Of a stretch of 9,629 bases of DNA, positions 5,554 to 9,629 are shown one piece after another; positions within the stretch are counted from its first letter, which is position 1; the number at the start of each line of letters is the position of its first letter. Under the pieces are notes generated by a model. It had not been told where the DNA came from. It worked only from the letters and a program-made list of their open reading frames with translations, and made no database searches. A program made the translations under genes and the position numbers. The DNA lies in assembly GCA_016871995.1 (NCBI GenBank), contig VHBL01000008.1, positions 1 to 9,629 of the forward strand, read 5' to 3'. The DNA is from Nitrososphaerota archaeon (GTDB taxonomy: Archaea > Thermoproteota > Nitrososphaeria > Nitrososphaerales > UBA57).

Positions 5554-6552
5554 ATGCGTGTCGGCTTGGTAACTCGTGATTATCCTCCTAGGTATGGCGG
5601 AATGGCGACCTATGTGGAGGCATTGGCGAGGCACCTGAGGGTGTTAGGGGTTGAGGTTGAAGTTTTCGTTGGAGGTGACGACATCGGAACGTTGTTCTTG
5701 GCGAGAAGTCTTAGTTCACAGGACTTCGATGTTATTCATGTGGCAAGTGCTCCCTATGGAGGTCTGGTGTCATCAGGGAAGTTGGTGGTAACGGTTTATG
5801 AGCCTGTTGTCTGTGAGTGGCCATATTACGGTTGGTGGAGAAAGATCAAGGGTCTCTTTGCAGTGAGGTTGGAACGGCAAGCGCTCAAAAGGGCGATGCG
5901 GATTATCGCCATAAGTAGGGAAACTAAAAGTAATCTTGTTTCTCATTATGGTTTATCAGATGAGAACGTAATGGTTGTCCCACTTGGCGTAGATTCTGCT
6001 AATTCTGGCCCTAAAAGAAAGATGAGTTCTATTCCTACGATACTCATGGTTTCACGGTTGGATCGGAGGAAGAATTTGGATGAGGCGTTGCAAGCTCTGG
6101 CCAAGCTCGAATCACAGTTCCGCCTAGTGGTTGTTGGGGGTGGCCCGGAGAGGGAGAGGCTAGAGCATTTGGCTCACAGGCTGGGCCTGAAGGCGGAGTT
6201 CGTTGGTTCGGTTCCACAAGGCGAACTGCGCAGGTATTATGGTGAGGCAAACATTTTCTTATCCACGAGCAAGTCGGAGGGCTTTGGTCTTTCGTTGCTG
6301 GAGGCGATGGCACATGGCTGTGCGGTTCTGGCATCGGACATTCACGCGCATCGAGAGCTGGTACCTGATTCGCGTTTCGGGATATTATACAATGGCCTTG
6401 ATGAGCTGACCGAAAGACTCCGCGTGCTTACAATCAAAAGGAATCTTGTGGAATCGTTAGGGAGTGCAGCGCAAGAGCTTTCGCTTAGGTACTCGTGGGA
6501 ACATACGGCTAAGGCTACGTTGGCCGTCTATGATGAAGTGGCAGGTTCCTGA
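5554..6552 (+). CDS. GT4 family (GT-B fold, retaining) glycosyltransferase
   Basis: The N-terminus MRVGLVTRDYPPRYGGMATYVEALARHL is a typical GT4 start with GG. The C-terminal half carries the E-x7-E signature region SEGFGLSLLEAMAHGCAVLASD and VVGGGPERERLE. The length is 332 aa. Confidence 0.9.
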   Translation: MRVGLVTRDYPPRYGGMATYVEALARHLRVLGVEVEVFVGGDDIGTLFLARSLSSQDFDVIHVASAPYGGLVSSGKLVVTVYEPVVCEWPYYGWWRKIKGLFAVRLERQALKRAMRIIAISRETKSNLVSHYGLSDENVMVVPLGVDSANSGPKRKMSSIPTILMVSRLDRRKNLDEALQALAKLESQFRLVVVGGGPERERLEHLAHRLGLKAEFVGSVPQGELRRYYGEANIFLSTSKSEGFGLSLLEAMAHGCAVLASDIHAHRELVPDSRFGILYNGLDELTERLRVLTIKRNLVESLGSAAQELSLRYSWEHTAKATLAVYDEVAGS

Positions 6553-6600
6553 CTGTAAAGTGATCGCTCGCACCTTCACTGGGAGTTGGAATCTTCGATT

Positions 6601-8340
6601 ATGATAACGAGTACTGGTCTGGTCTCGATAGTGATACCTACACGGAATAGAAAGGAGAAGCTTCGCAGATGCATAGATTCGGTGTTCAAGAGTAAATATG
6701 CAAATATTGAAGTCATCATTGTTGATGACTGTGGCGATTACGATATCGCAGAAATCGGTGTCGAGTTCCCCTCTGTGAAGATTCTTCGAAATCAGAGAAG
6801 GATGCTTCTATCGTACTCTAGAAACCGAGGAGTGTCCTATGCAAGAGGTGATTACATTTTCTTTTTGGATGATGATAATGTAATTGATAGCAACGCCATA
6901 TCAGAACTCGTAAAGTGTGTAAAAGCCAATAACGTTGCAGTTGCGGCTCCTGTGATATATTACTGCGAGCGACCAATGGAGGTTTGGACCTACCATATCC
7001 AGAAGGGTAGATTCCCCGGATTCTATGTACTGCACAAGCAACCCCCTATTGTTGGTCTCAAAACATTTGCCTTCCACGACGCATTCCTGGTCAAGAAGGA
7101 CGTGTTTGATTCACTCGGAGGATTCGATCATGATGTATTTCCCATTCACTTTAGTGAGCTGGACTTTGCCTACAGGATGCAACGCAAAAAGTACAAGGCT
7201 ACAATTGTGCCTCTAGCGAAGGTGTGGCACGACATGGGTCATGAAAGAGAACATGTGGACAGGATTAGGGCGTATTACACGTTGAGAAATCGGGTAATCC
7301 TGATGCGGCGGTACGCGTCAAGAAGGGAACTTGTTGCCTACGTTTTTGTCATATTGCCGGTCTTGACGCTCTACTATCTTCGCCGGTTCATGGTTCACTC
7401 GTCTGAAGGTGCTATGGTTACTGCTTTCGAGCTTTCCAAGGGTGTCATCCATGGATTGGCTTGCAATCACAGGTTTTGGGAGGCTACCTCAGCATCTGCT
7501 GGGTCTGCCGCCAAATCACAGACATTGGTAACCTTACCGAAGGTCTCCATTATAATACCCACCATGAATTCTGAAGCAACATTGAAACAATGTCTTGAAT
7601 CTATAATTGCTCAAACCTATCGAAACATAGAGGTTATCATTGTCGACAATTCTAGCACAGATGGTACGAGGGAGATTGCCAAGCAATACCGATTTGTGAA
7701 GCTATTTACTGCTGGTCCGGAGAGAAGTGCGCAGATTAACTTTGGTGTCAAGATGGGCGCCGGTGACTACGTATACAGGGTTGACTCCGACTTTGTGCTT
7801 GAACCTACGGTGGTTGAAGAGGCAGTTAGGGCATGTGAGTTGGCTAATTACGACATGGTGGCGGTACACAATACTTCGCATCCGGGGATAAGCTTCTGGT
7901 CTAGGGTTAGGAAGCTTGAGAGAGATTGCTATAGAGATGATACTATACATATAGCTGCAAGGTTTTTCAAGCGGTCTGCTTTTGAAAGAGTAAGCGGATT
8001 TGATGAGGGCCTCGTCGCATCAGAGGACTACGATCTGCACCGTAGACTAGTTGAGAAAGGGTTTAGGTTTGGAAGAATCGGTGCTCAAGAGGTCCATATT
8101 GGAGAGCCTCGGAGCCTCAGAGAGGTCGTCCTTAAACACGTATATTATGGGAAGAAAATAAACGAGTTTCTAAGTAAGTATCCTCGTGAACCCTTTGAAC
8201 AGCTCAGTCCAATTAGGATGGCCTATCTGCACCATTGGCGGGACTTTTTGAAAGATCCCAGGCTGTTAGTAGGCTTCTTTATATATCAAGGCGTGCGTTA
8301 CACATCCGCGTTTTTCGGATATCTCGTCTCGATTCTGTAA
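6601..8340 (+). CDS. Fused double GT2 (two GT-A domains) glycosyltransferase with an inter-domain TM segment and a C-terminal TM segment
   Basis: Domain 1 has VSIVIPTRNRKEKL...IEVIIVDDCGDY...FFLDDDNVID (DDD at 6868-6876) and SELDFAYRM. A hydrophobic segment LVAYVFVILPVLTLYYL lies at ~7333-7383. Domain 2 has VSIIIPTMNSEATL...IEVIIVDNSSTDGT...YRVDSDFVLEP (DSD at 7783-7791) and SEDYDLHRRL. The hydrophobic C-terminus is LLVGFFIYQGVRYTSAFFGYLVSIL. The track ORF begins at TTG 6586; I use ATG 6601, which leaves 8 aa before the first beta-strand. Confidence 0.9.
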   Translation: MITSTGLVSIVIPTRNRKEKLRRCIDSVFKSKYANIEVIIVDDCGDYDIAEIGVEFPSVKILRNQRRMLLSYSRNRGVSYARGDYIFFLDDDNVIDSNAISELVKCVKANNVAVAAPVIYYCERPMEVWTYHIQKGRFPGFYVLHKQPPIVGLKTFAFHDAFLVKKDVFDSLGGFDHDVFPIHFSELDFAYRMQRKKYKATIVPLAKVWHDMGHEREHVDRIRAYYTLRNRVILMRRYASRRELVAYVFVILPVLTLYYLRRFMVHSSEGAMVTAFELSKGVIHGLACNHRFWEATSASAGSAAKSQTLVTLPKVSIIIPTMNSEATLKQCLESIIAQTYRNIEVIIVDNSSTDGTREIAKQYRFVKLFTAGPERSAQINFGVKMGAGDYVYRVDSDFVLEPTVVEEAVRACELANYDMVAVHNTSHPGISFWSRVRKLERDCYRDDTIHIAARFFKRSAFERVSGFDEGLVASEDYDLHRRLVEKGFRFGRIGAQEVHIGEPRSLREVVLKHVYYGKKINEFLSKYPREPFEQLSPIRMAYLHHWRDFLKDPRLLVGFFIYQGVRYTSAFFGYLVSIL

Positions 8341-8399
8341 CATACGCTACTGAGGAATTCGATGGATTAGTAATTGTCGAAGCCAAATATGTCTCTGGA

Positions 8400-9629
<1,230 letters not shown>

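Noticed and set aside
6044-6409. ORFs 6044-6334 (minus) and 6203-6409 (plus)
   Set aside because: Both are embedded in the GT4 coding frame, in its most GC-rich part where stops are rare in alternative frames. Their Pro/Arg/Ser-rich products look non-biological.
7025-7950. ORFs 7025-7216 (plus) and 7702-7950 (minus)
   Set aside because: They lie inside the double-GT2 reading frame, which carries clear catalytic motifs across the same coordinates.

Overview
The window looks like an archaeal-style cell-envelope glycosylation locus; the taxon cannot be assigned from sequence alone. The archaeal flavour rests on A/T boxes about 25-30 nt upstream of starts, short or absent leaders, oligo-T stretches after genes and a sequon-rich secreted protein. 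Left to right, the window holds: (1) the N-terminal 434 aa of a signal-peptide-bearing, Asn/Ser/Thr-rich surface (S-layer-like) protein on the minus strand. It is open to the left edge and absent from the ORF track. (2) A class I SAM-methyltransferase-like ORF whose start sits inside motif I, so it is probably frameshifted. (3) A ~455-bp stop-dense non-coding gap. (4) A small two-TM protein and two tiny ORFs. (5) A minus-strand GT2 polyprenyl/dolichyl-phosphate-sugar synthase-type enzyme with two C-terminal TM helices. (6) An RHH-PIN vapBC toxin-antitoxin pair with a 4-nt overlap and a palindrome abutting its start. (7) A co-directional run of a GT4 glycosyltransferase, a fused double-GT2 glycosyltransferase and a multi-pass GT-C-like membrane protein. 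This last protein is open to the right edge, absent from the track, and ends in Pro-rich repeats and a (Pro-Ala)n tract. No rRNA, tRNA, CRISPR array, transposase or integrase was recognised. The most interesting reading pairs the lipid-phosphate-sugar synthase with the unusual GT-C-like enzyme, next to a heavily glycosylatable surface protein. That pairing would be an extracytoplasmic, lipid-carrier-dependent surface-glycosylation module. Secondary oddities are a perfect 19-bp tandem duplication in the divergent promoter, a 9-mer bracketing the vapBC cassette, a GC-rich GT4 gene and a permuted repeat around a Cys loop. All homology statements come from motif recognition by eye; no searches were run.
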